DNA of 63,604 bases, filler included, from Lenisia limosa (lineage: Eukaryota; Protista; Breviatea): assembly GCA_001655205.1 (NCBI GenBank). It is 11 parts of 11 records of this genome, joined end to end, with 100 filler letters (N's around TTAATTAATTAA, not from the genome) between each part and the next. Parts side by side here need not be neighbours in the genome. Positions count along the whole stretch, not along the records: positions 13,545 to 39,066 come from LPNZ01008619.1; 10 more parts are not named here. The stretch is one strand, 5' to 3'. The first letter of the stretch is position 1, and each line of letters begins with the position of its first letter. A model generated the notes under the pieces. It was not told the DNA's origin. It saw only the letters and a list, made by a program, of their open reading frames with translations, and ran no database searches. This document shows positions 24,029 through 35,112 of the stretch, one piece after another. The position numbers and the translations under genes were made by a program.

Positions 24029-27000
24029 CCTCAACACTATTGTGCATCATGCCTGTCGGCGACCAGTTAAGTACAAAGAACTTCTCCCCTTCCTGTGAGT
24101 TTGGCTGCTTCAAATGAGACACGGCCTAACTCGTTAATATCGAATACGAATAAAGGCGGGGAAACAGTCAATTGCAAAGACGTATGATGCGGAACGATTG
24201 ATACTACAACGCCGACACAACATCAGAATGCTAACCTGGGTAATAGCACTTGACACAACAACTGGGTCCACGGCCTGTAGCTCTTGAGAGCTTTGCCGTG
24301 AAAGCCTGCCAATCCGGTCACAATAACAGGGAAAACAGTGGAACCAAATAATACAATCCTATCGACAGGCAAACTGAATAGATGACAACATGCCCCCCAA
24401 CCCTGGAGAAGGTTGTAACCTCGGCGTTTGATTGGCCGGCATCGGGGGCAGATCCTGGGTGTATGAGTTTGCTGATAAAGGAGCACATTAACCACCCCTC
24501 TTTTTTCCCTCTTTTGACTTTTGGATATGCATAATCCTGGTTCTGAAAAGACGCTGTCTAGGACAATCTCGGTTTGTCCAGGACCGCCCACCTCATCCTT
24601 TAGCGACATACGGTACTGCCATGAGAAGCTTGGGTTGGTTTTGATCCTCAAGGCCATGAGAGGACTCACACTAACGCCGCCCTTTGGTGCACCCTGTTCG
24701 GCTCGAGCGGCTGTAAGGTCACACCAAATGTCCAGTTAAACTGTTGGCTCAATTGCCCTCTGAGTGCCCCCAAACCTTGTCCTACAGCGCCATTGACATT
24801 CTGAGGGTCCCACATCAAATATACGGGTTTACTGTGTCCTACAACTCCTCCAACACACGGGCCTATCGAATGAGGAGAGGGGGGGATAGAACAGAAACCT
24901 TGGAGATATACTGATTGTGTTTTGATACTGTTGCGGAGCGATTAAAAATAAGTTGATAATATTTTTTTCTTATTTTTAATAAAAAAATCAATCGCATACT
25001 TATTTCATACTCCCCATACCAGTCGCAGCTCCCACACGCATCACAAAGGCAGGAAGGCCGTCGTCAAGGTTTTTCCTGTTGACCACCCCCATCGCGTCTT
25101 GCATCATCAGCGACATTGCTGCAAGGTTAAGTCAACAGGATTATAAGGGAACCCAGCCTTCTCAATCTGAACATCATGTCTAAATCCGATTGCCCCTCAC
25201 CAGCAATGGAGTGGACATGAGTGGCCGATGTTCTTGGGATGCCTGCAACACAAAGGTAGGCGTCACCTATCGTACAAACATGGTGGCATTCTGGGTAAGT
25301 TAGTAAGGTGAGAGATTGGGAAAAAATGTCAATACAATGTTTATAGACAGTCTTGACTACCATTAAAGCACAACAAACGCTGACAATATCTCAGAAAACC
25401 CTCAGACCTTGACGGTCACAAATGGTATCGAAGGCATTGAAGAGTCTCGATATCATAATCGACACCTGCGTATCATGAGTGGCAATGACAGACAAGTGGT
25501 AATGCTAGAGTGCCATTGGGGCCAAACCTGTTCCGGCTGAAGAGTGTGCGATGTCATTGTGAAACCAGCCAAGTCACTCTAAGAGACTCAGGATCATGGT
25601 TATGTTGTTAGTGTCATCCACTCAAACCCCAACCCATCACCCATCACGAGGGATTTACTTCGGTTCGAAAAAGACCGGTAAAATATCGATAGTTTTCGTC
25701 GATTTATCGAGAAATACAGTCTTTTTTCGGACCGAAGTGAAGCCCTACCATCACCCTACCTGCAGAAATGAGATTTCTTTGAAGTGTTCTGCAACCACCT
25801 CGCCAGGCATGGCGTTGATCATCTGCTGCACAATATGGCCGGGGAGAAGATTAGACAGCTGTAGGAGAGGGGGCGGTAAATAGGATAGCCTCATGCTAGG
25901 ATCGAGGATTATCGAGCAATTGTCATATTGGCCTACAAGGTCGGTTGTGGCTCGGAGCTGTTGGTTGAGATCTTTGGAGATCTTAAACTGAGAGCGCCAC
26001 CCGCCATCGATGGTGCGCGCCAGACGTGACGCAACCCACCACGCCAACGTGTTGAACACAACTTAGGGGGGGTGAGGAAGGACCCAATATTAAAATTATA
26101 CTGGAGGATTGTGGGGGGGGGAGGGGATCAACACAGTTTTTAGTGTCCTCAGCATACCTGGTATGACCCAGTCAACAATGTCAACTGAATCGGAGATGTA
26201 GTACACCAGGAGAATTGCAAGGTAAATAAACAGCAAGATGCGCTGAAAGGTCATGATGTGACGAAAATCATTCAGACCGAAATAAATTCGTGGACCCCCA
26301 ACTTGATTAGTGACAAAGGGACAATATAGGACAAGAAGGTAGGCAATTTGGCTTGTCGTCTCGCTAATGGCATATTCATAGGGCTCCATGAAGTCCATGT
26401 AATTGCGAACAGAGGAGGTCTCGCTCAAAACGGTTTCCTAATTGGTGATTCACCCAAAACTCAAACTAGTTTCCTAATACTGAATCTTTTATTTTATCCA
26501 CATTTATGTCTGCATTTAAACACCCCTTGGCAGGCATTCCATTTCGATTATTACCACAAACCTTGGCAGCAGCCAGAATGAGAGGGAGAAGCATGATGAC
26601 GGATATTGCCGCAATAGTGGGGTCGTAAATGGCCACAAGCTCAGGGCGGCGGTTCGTCATCCACGATGAAAACGTCTGCATACTCACCAGTGTAGCTCCC
26701 AAGATAATGTAGGCTGGAGTGTGAGCAAACGAGGGCTTTATCTGGACGACCCTCCATATTGATAAAGAATACTAAGAAGTAAGTCAAAGGTAGATAACAA
26801 CATACTCCCCCTATTCATACGATATGTAGCGAGAAAACCATCATAATACTAGGGCAACTAGCGAGAAAACCATCATAATACTAGGGCAACTAGTGCTAAA
26901 ACCATCATAATACTAGGGCAACTAGTGCTAAAACCATCATAATACTAGGGCAACTAGTGCTAAAACCATCATAATACTAGCGCAACTAGTGCTAAAACCA

Positions 27001-30000
27001 TCATAATGCTAGGTGCGTACTTTGAACCCATTTTTGTCCGAAAAGTGGGAGGTAGGTCAGCATCCAGGTCAGTGCAATAAGAGGGGCTAATATCTGGGGG
27101 GGAGTAAAATTGGAAAATTTATGAAAAAAAATGACCCAAATCAACTCTGTTGGCCAACAAAACACAAGGGTTGATAACAACAAAACANNNNNNNNNNNNN
27201 NNNNNNNNNNNNNNNNNNNNNNNNNNNNNNNNNNNNNNNNNNNNNNNNNNNNNNNNNNNNNNNNNNNNNNNAATGGAAGGGGAAAAGATATCATACCTTC
27301 GCAGTTTTCAAAGTACTATTTCGAATGACTACAAAACGTTCCTAAAACATAAAAAACCGGAGCAACTTCAGGATATCAAATCAACAAACCATGCAATCAT
27401 CACCAAACACACTTCATCGGATCGGTTCGTAAACTCCTCACATCCACACTCCTCTGATGTCCTCAGTGCCTCTGACTCAAACCTGGGAGGGGGAGTGAAC
27501 AATGCTGTACGGTGTGGTGGAAGCGCATTCGGGTTTGCCACCTATTTATTCGGGTTTGCCTCCTATTCGGGTTTGCCTCCTATTTATAGAACTTACCAGT
27601 AATCATCTTCGGGGTCACTTTCATCGGAAATATAGCTTTCATCGTCAGACGAGGAATCCGAGCTAAGATCAATAAGATATGGCATTCAGTCTCACCATTG
27701 CTCAGTAAAGGTCTTGATTTCGCTGTTATTCAGTCCTGTCTTGCCAGTGTTGACCGTCACCGTCTTGTTATTCATCCCCGCTTCTCCTGTCTTCTCACCA
27801 GCTGGAACGTAAGCTGTTGAAAGCTATCAATTCCTGACATGTGAAATACCCAATTACTCCGGGCCAAAACAGACTAGCAAAATATTGGCATCGAATTTGA
27901 ATACTCGGTACCAAAGCTCACCGGTCACCAACAGGTACTCCGCATCACCCGAAGGCGACGCTTGCATTGAAATATGCGGGGCATTGGAGCGTGCTGGAGG
28001 ATAAGACATTTTCAACATGCTTCCTTTTAGCCCGATGCTTACCTTTGATGTTGCATTTATCATCAAAATCCTTGCTTGGAAGGGAGGTCTAAAACGGTCA
28101 AATCCAGGGATACTTGGGTATTGGGAGGGGGGGGTGCAGAAACGTAATTCATTATTGTCTCAGCAGCGACTTATACAAAACCCAGTCACATTCGGTTTTC
28201 TGGTGCTGGATCGGCTTTTGAAAACGCTGCCGACAAAAGAACGGCTGGCTACACGGGACTGTATGCGCTGAGGCCTCTGGAGGGTTAGCGGAGGGGGCAG
28301 CAACATATGTCAATAAGGCTTCACTTCGGTTCGAAAAAAGACTGAATTTCTCGATAAATCCTCGAAAACTATTGATATTTTACCGATTTTTTTTAAACCG
28401 AAGTGAAACCCTATCTAACCAATAACCAAATGGAAATAGTTCATGTGGAAATAGTGCGTGTCAACCTTTTTAGCTTGGGGCTTTACGATGGTGGAGAGAT
28501 GGTAGGTTTTTTTATCTCCAACACCTTTGATAAACACCATTCCTGGGGGTGAGACCAGACCAATAAACACCGTTCCTGGGGGTGAGACCAGACCAATAAA
28601 CACCCTGGGGGTGAGACCAGACCAACTCATGAAGTAAAATTATTTTAAACCCGAAAAATCAGTGCCAGTATTCTGATGCTTACCTCTCTCATAGAATCGA
28701 TTCCTCATAGAGGACGGTACGGCTTCGAAGAATGCGGTTGACACCTGAATGCGGTTCCATTCACAAGTGGTCATCATTCTGGGGGGAAATAAAACGCAAA
28801 ACCAAAGATAACTGAAATCAAATATGTGCGCAACAAGAGGGTTCATTTGCATGGTATGACAAACACCTCAGATACCTTGAGGCGTAGTTCATAGTGGTAC
28901 CGAAGGCCTTGTATCTGGGGTGGACTTCTCCCACAATACCGGCAGTGAGCGGTCCTATGTGCATGCCAATCTGATGATGAGTCCTACCTTTTTGCATAAT
29001 ATGATGATTATGTTATCAAGCATCAATTTCGCACCTTTACACTCCCCCATTTTCGAGCCCTTGCAGCATGGTACATGTCGAGTATGCAGTGCGTGGCTGA
29101 GGCTGCCGGGAGGGGAACGGTCTCAGGAATTCCGACCGCAACAACATACCTATTGGTCAGTATTGCGTAGATTGTCATAAATATATAAAATATGCTAGGC
29201 TTCCTTCCACCCACGTGTGTTCCACATTTTCCATTTTGAAGACAGTCGGATGTTTCTCCAAAATCTGAAAAGTCAGTGCAGCATTAAATCGAACCTCCCA
29301 CCCAATGTTCTCCCATAACCCCCCCGGGCCTACGTCATCGAACACTTTGAAGATGGTTTTAAGTTTGGAGACGACAGGGTGTAATTTGTTGGCTCGGGGG
29401 GTGGCGAAGCCGGCAAAAGAGCTCTCAATGGAGATGTCAGACTGGGGGGGGGTAAAATTGGAAAATTTATGAAACAAAAAAAGCCCAAAATCAACTCTGT
29501 TGGTTGACAACACGAGGGTTATAACAACAAAATAAAGCCCAGGCCAGCACCGCATCCCATCACTCCAGCGTACGTAAAGAGGGAATTATTAACTAATTAA
29601 GGGCTCCCCCCCACGCCACTAATGCTCTCCTGAAGAGAGTCTTTGGAATGAGTTCGTCTCAGGAAAAGTTCGTTTTTAGTGTGTTGTGGCCGCACAGTTC
29701 CCACATTCGCTTCCGACACCTGAACGTGTGAGACATATTCATGACCATTATGCGTGCTATTATTCATGACTATTATGTGAAGAATTGATATGAAGAATTA
29801 AAGAATTGATATGAAGAATTGATATGAAGAATTGAGACGAACTGACTTCGCGCCATTCAGCGGGTTTGATGGTAATGAAGGCAATAACCACTTGCTCAAA
29901 CGGATCGCAGAATGTGGACGTGCCCTAAAGAAAGTTATCTGATGTGCTTCTATCCTTGAATATTGGGGGGGTATCATGGTTAAGAATGTCTTACATCAGT

Positions 30001-32109
30001 AGGTGAAATCATTAAAACAGAATGAACAACCCAGCTGTATCGAACCTCAGCCATTTTTTTGACAGCAATTGGCGGAAGAATGTTGCGAATAATCTTAGTA
30101 GCGTGATTGTTTTGCTCCTTTACCTGGGGGGAGGAGTAAATGGAAGTTAATTTTTGATGATACACAAAATCAACTCTTAGGTAAACATGGGATATCTTAA
30201 CACATGAGACAACTCAAAACCCCTTCCCCTCACAAAGGCTCTACTTGCACCCCTTCCCCCACAAAGGCTCTACTTGCAGCATTCTGGAATTGCGCTCTGG
30301 ACATGGCTTTTCGGAAGGCATGGGCAACAAGCATCATTACGCCGCACTATGTAGTAATCAAAACTAATCACTCAATACCAAGGTCGTTATGAGACATCCT
30401 CAATAACCTAAGTACCGGGTTTATATCTATTCTTATTGCCAGTTCTCTTCAAAAAGCGAAGATTAATGCCATTTCGATTTAGTCATCATTGTTTTTAAAC
30501 CTGTCCTTGCTTACGGCCAAGACGATTCTGACAAAGGAAACAGCATGGGAGTCGGCAAAAATGGTTGCAAAGAGGATGTACGAAGATGACACACCCTGTT
30601 TTGTCAGGTTTGAAAGGGTCAAGCTGATAAAAAATGATAAAAATGAGTATTATCTCAACAAAAAATAAAACCTCACAATTGAAAGGGTCCAACTGTAGTT
30701 CTGCGAAATCCCTCCTGAATGTATGAGAAATGATCATACTGACAGGATACCTATTTAGGCTTTAAAGCTGTATGGCGCACTGACCTTGTGTGACAGCAAT
30801 CAAATGCAGCAATCTGATGAGAGACAGTACAAGGCGGTTGCCGGTTGTGACCAGTCCGCTGGTTTGCGCCCAAAGAAGCACTATCAAAAACTGCGGGGTG
30901 GAGGGGGAGTAAAACCTGCCTTGTCCTTTGGAATCAACAACACACGGATACAACAATCATTCTCACTGTTCTCAATATTAATGTGGATTGAATCATAATC
31001 ATACCATATCCTATAAAATGTCAAAATCTATCACAATGTTGTACTTCCAACGAGAAAGGAAACAAAACACAATGTTTCAAGTAACTCACCTGGATCACCC
31101 AAAAGAGGAACAGAAAGAGGTCATTTGTGGGGGTCACTCGAAGGTACGCCACCTTTTGAGAGTAACACCAGTATTTACAGGTCAAAATAGAATAATGCAC
31201 TGAATTGAAACACAAATCAAATCAATCACACTATTCACAAAGCAATAGAATCGAAAGAGGAGTGGCCCACTTTGAGCATCGGACGCGAGAGTCCCGCCGC
31301 CGCCATGCAGATGACTACCGATATGAAGTGCCCCTATCAAAGGGCATGACATAATGTAATAATAATCAAGCTGAATCATTATTCCTCAATTGCTCCAACC
31401 ATATAGTCTTCAAGATTCAACCCACTCACAACATCCGTGTACTCCCTTTCCGTGAAAACCGCCTCAAGCACGGCCACGGCAAGCCAAATCACTGCCAGAG
31501 CCGTGACTGACCAGCGCATTTCGCGCACTCGCCATAGTCGACGGATGTTTGGAGGGGGTGGTGGAGTGTTTTCAATGATCTTCTTCCACCTTCGTTCCAG
31601 CTCTTCCATCGACTGTGTTGAATTGTCCACCATTCTCTTTCGCTAGAATGTCAGAGATGAAATCAATAAAAAGAGAGATATGTGACCCAATTGAATAACA
31701 TTTTAGAGACATATATAGGTATCAAAAATAAAACGAATTAGCCCATAACACCCGCGTCAATAAGAAGGCAGCATCAAACAACCAAGAGGGGCCACGACTG
31801 AATTGACCATAACCAAGTCCAGAAAGCAGCAGGCCATTCCAAGCAAACCGTTTGCAGCTGTGGAGGAGCGGAGGACTTCTGTGAGTCCTGTCGCAGGAAC
31901 ACTGCAGAGGGCGACGCAACAGAAGCCTGCGAGAAGCCTCGAGGCCTGGGCATTGTCGGAGTCTGTGCGGGGGAGACCTGGCGACTGTTAGCCTTGCCCA
32001 TCGCGTCTGAGTAACTCGGAATGCTCCTCCCACTGCCACCACTCAGCATGCGGCCCTTAGGCATCTGGGCAATGCTGGAGCGCCGCGAGGACGGGGGCCC
32101 ATGTTGCAT
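24029..32109 (-). CDS. Membrane-bound class III nucleotidyl cyclase, two TM clusters and two catalytic domains, guanylyl-type and inverted (C2-like first, C1-like second)
   Basis: ATG 32109. TM exons 31633-30200. [13 protein letters not shown], then domain 1: FKVFDD|[26 protein letters not shown]...[36 protein letters not shown]...RIQVS...[12 protein letters not shown] exons 28066-26096. [10 protein letters not shown], then domain 2: FLQ|SDLAGFT...LFNAFDTIC...[16 protein letters not shown]...MRVGAATG|[17 protein letters not shown]. 3' end may extend further. Confidence 0.85.
25650..25745. mobile_element. MITE family A copy in a cyclase intron
   Basis: GGGATTTACTTCGGTTCGAAAAAGACCGGTAAAATATCGAT...GTCTTTTTTCGGACCGAAGTGAAGCCC|TA. 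Confidence 0.85.
26827..27013. repeat. Intronic minisatellite, about 5.8 x 32 bp
   Basis: Unit TAG(CGAGA/TGCTA)AAACCATCATAATACTAGGGCAAC head-to-tail with no spacers; ends 7 nt from the donor at 27020. Confidence 0.95.
27096..27187 (+). mobile_element. Family B1 repeat abutting a minus-strand acceptor
   Basis: GGGGGGGAGTAAAATTGGAAAATTTATGAAAAAAAATGACCCAAATCAACTCTGTTGGCCAACAAAACACAAGGGTTGATAACAACAAAAC; acceptor AG at 27095-27094 opens exon [16 protein letters not shown]. Confidence 0.8.
28316..28411. mobile_element. MITE family A copy with TA flanks
   Basis: TA|AGGCTTCACTTCGGTTCGAAAAAAGACTG...AAACCGAAGTGAAACCC|TA. Confidence 0.85.
29444..29555 (+). mobile_element. Family B1 repeat (most complete copy) abutting a minus-strand acceptor
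   Basis: G-run+TAAAATTGGAAAATTTATGAAACAAAAAAAGCCCAAAATCAACTCTGTTGGTTGACAACACGAGGGTTATAACAACAAAATAAAGCCCAGGCCAGCACCGCA; AG at 29443-29442 opens exon SDISIESS. Other B copies at ~12325, 13345, 14001, 18197, 19729, 22051, 30126, 41438, 43896, 49660, 50012, 50752, 50830, 52355, 53093, 53377, 61065. Confidence 0.8.
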
Positions 32110-32662
32110 TGCTCAGCGCTGCCTTGGTACGCGAGGAGGGTTCTACGTCATTCGCTCTATTCACCCGCTATAATGTTCTGCTATTCATCTACTAGTAAGG
32201 TTTTTTCCGTTTTCCAGTTGATAGGAGGGCTGAGCACTATAGCACTTGAGGGCGCACAGGGGAAAGTGGAAGATCTTTAAAAAGCTGCCATCCAAGTTGG
32301 TTGCTAAGTTTCCCTCCCCTTTATATATTCTTGTCTTCTGATTTATTTGTTATATATTAGGATATAAGGATTATAGGTCATATTTAAGAAAAAAAAACAG
32401 TGAGTTGGAATTTTGTTGGAATGTTGATGCTAATCTTGCTGGCATGGTTTGATGGAATATAGACTGGTTAAATTGTGTTCGTAAAGGAGTATGAGTTATG
32501 AGGTTATGAGTCTGTATATGATATGTAAGGTTCAGTTTGATACGTGGAATATTCCCGCTTGACCACCAATGTTATCTTGAGCTCTTGTTCACATTTCCTT
32601 TTTTCATTAAAAATAGTTGTCTACTTCAAAATAAAGAGGATTATCTGGATGATTGATTACAG

Positions 32663-35039
32663 GCTGTTGTCCTTGGCGTCAGGCCAGCTGATCATCAACA
32701 CCAGCGGTGACATTTCTGGTGAAGTCTCCTCCCCAGCTGTCACCACGTTGGAGCTCCAAATGGCCCTCTCCAAACTGAGGATAAGGTCGGTACCGGTACT
32801 GAGGATTGTGGAAAAGTTAAATATTCTTTCCTTTTATGGGGTGCTTCAACGTACTATGTTTCGGTTTCCTCGCAGTCATCTCTACTATCGATTGTTGTTT
32901 CTTACCACTATTGTATGTGGTTTCTTGTTATGAGGGACGTGGTATAAAGCATGTACCAAAGACCCTGCCGACTCCACTGCCCTCTTTTTCCATTCGGACA
33001 TTGTCAGTGTACCCAGCGGCGATTCTATATACCATAAATAGTGTATACTATCAGATGATACTAAAATACCTCTGTAGTTGGGACTCAGACCACACACCTC
33101 TACTGAACATCACTGGTTTGATTCGCACGCCGGACAGTTACATTATGGTAGGTTGATGGAACCGGGTGTTGTTTGACCTTAAAAGGATATTAAGGCAATA
33201 CAATGGGTTTGTGATACCCTGGTTGAGATATTGTTATCATCTCATTTTTTTCCAAAAACATGACAAATACATTTTGGGAATTAACTCTGTTGAATACGGA
33301 GTTGTGTAAAAAGAACTTCTCTTCGGTTCTCCATCTCTCCATCTTTCCTGAAATATGTGGTAGACCGTATGGGCCACCCCCACAGATAGGATTTTTGGGA
33401 GTCTGGGTTATGTCATCCGACAGGCTTACGACAATATTAAAATTCTAGTAAAAATTCACCAGAAAATATGAGAATAGAGCGTCAATTTTAAAATATTTTT
33501 CAAATCTTGCTAACCGAACCCAAAATAGAGCAAAATTTGAAAAAAAAACCCTTCTGTGGGGGTGGCCCATATCAGATGCATATATGTCTACTTTCCTTGC
33601 TTTTACCATGGTTCACCCCCCCAGGCCACTCCTGTTGAATATGGTACTATCCTGACATACGCCCTCAACGGCCTTGTCAATGACACCATACCATTCACCA
33701 CGAGGCGGTCGGGCCTTTACAATGTCCAGGTGAGTGGGGGTACACAATGTACAAGTGGAGATGTGTATGACCCTCTTATGTGAATTTGAAGATGTGAATG
33801 AACCTATCCGTTTCCATAACAGTTTGACCCAGGCATGTCTTGGAGACATCTGTGGACCAAGCTTGTTGGTCAACGGTGTTCACCCGGTGAAAACATGGAC
33901 CAAAGACCCAGCCGACTCCAATGCTCTCTTTTTCCATTCGGACATTGTCAGTTTACCCAGCGGCGATCTCACATTTGAGGTGAGGTGAAGAAATAAAATT
34001 TGCATCCTTTTGCTATTAATTCATTCAGACATGGGCGTACGCGTCATCCTCAGGTTATGCAAATCTTCACTACTTTTCAGCACAGAGTAACGACTATATG
34101 TATTCAGCAATATTCCGATGCGTAGCTGGGGAACATGTTGCCATTGAATGGAATTCTGGTTGCAATACAGAGTTTTAATCTTTCAGTACAGCGGTCAAGA
34201 GAATATCTATACGAATGAGGCAGCCCACACGACAACAGCGTCATGCCTCAGTATGTGCTTTGATATCCACACGCGGAAATGAATGTTTTAATTTGTTATT
34301 ATGATCAACTTAGATGATCAATGGGTACATTACGCACTTGTCAATGAAGGTTCCAATGTAGGCTTGTGTTCCTTTACTCTCTTGAGATGTATCTGGTTTC
34401 ATCTCATACCAATTGATCATTATGGGAGGTTTAACCTCCCATAATAATTTATTGACCCCAAATATTATCCGAGCTTATTTTCAATTGCATTTTTTTTTTT
34501 GAAGTAACCCCAGGTGTTGGCGTATCGCAACGGCGTTCTACTCACCTCATTTTCCACCACCATTGGAAGAGGAGATACTGTGGGCCACTTCAGCATATTT
34601 CTTACAGATAATATATGTACGTTTAGTCACATTCTCTAGAAGTTAATAATCGGGAAGCATGCTGGATCTGTACTCCCCGGTGATGTGTACGACAGCGCTC
34701 ACCAGTATTTGTCAGGAGATTCCACAACTGGGGTTAGTTGGGAAGATACTTTTAACCTTAATGATAATTTACCAAGACCAGATCCGAGTTATTGATAAGG
34801 CGCTGACCGCGGCTGAAATCAACGAAATCGTTGCTTGTGGCCCATTGGATGTTGTGAGGGGGTGATAGTGATTGAATATTATAATGCATTGTAGTCTGAT
34901 TCATTATCGTCTGATTGTCCAGTAGTTTTGTCTTACACCGCAGACCCTCTACCCCGACAACTTGGTTGCAGCCCTGTCCCCCGCAGAAGAATCGTTAACC
35001 TCCCATTTCTCTGCTGCCTACTTCACTGTGGTCCTCTAA
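32663..35039 (+). CDS. Probably secreted LamG-like (concanavalin-A jellyroll / Laminin_G_3) protein, paralog 1; start not resolved
   Basis: Exons give ...GDLTFE|TWAYASSSGYANLHYF...|DDQWVHYALVNEGSN|VLAYRNG...|DQIRVIDKALTAAEINEIV|TLYPDNLVAAL...YFTVVL* (LamG motifs TFETW, WVHYALV, YxNG, IRVxxxALTxxEI). Confidence 0.75.
33370..33569. mobile_element. MITE family G, 200 bp, perfect 16-bp TIR, TA flanks
   Basis: TA|TGGGCCACCCCCACAG...CTGTGGGGGTGGCCCA|TA; a second, right-truncated copy at 45812-~46000 shares TTTCAAATCTTGCTAACCGAACCCAAAATA(G/T)AGCAAAATTTGAAAAAAAAACC. Confidence 0.85.
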
Positions 35040-35112
35040 TGTCTCTTGGTTCGGATCTAAATAGCTCAGCACCTCCCCTTTCCATCAATCAGAGTATCAA
35101 AACAACAAGACA

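Noticed and set aside
26827-27013. CRISPR-like array (32-bp repeats)
   Set aside because: Units are head-to-tail with no unique spacers, lie inside a spliceosomal intron, and have no cas genes nearby. The same applies to 55209-55362 and 28530-28626.
32109-32173. 64-bp bidirectional promoter between the cyclase ATG and an ATG for LamG paralog 1
   Set aside because: The ATG at 32173 could not be linked in phase to the first confident exon (32663) and does not give a signal peptide like paralog 2, so the start is unresolved.
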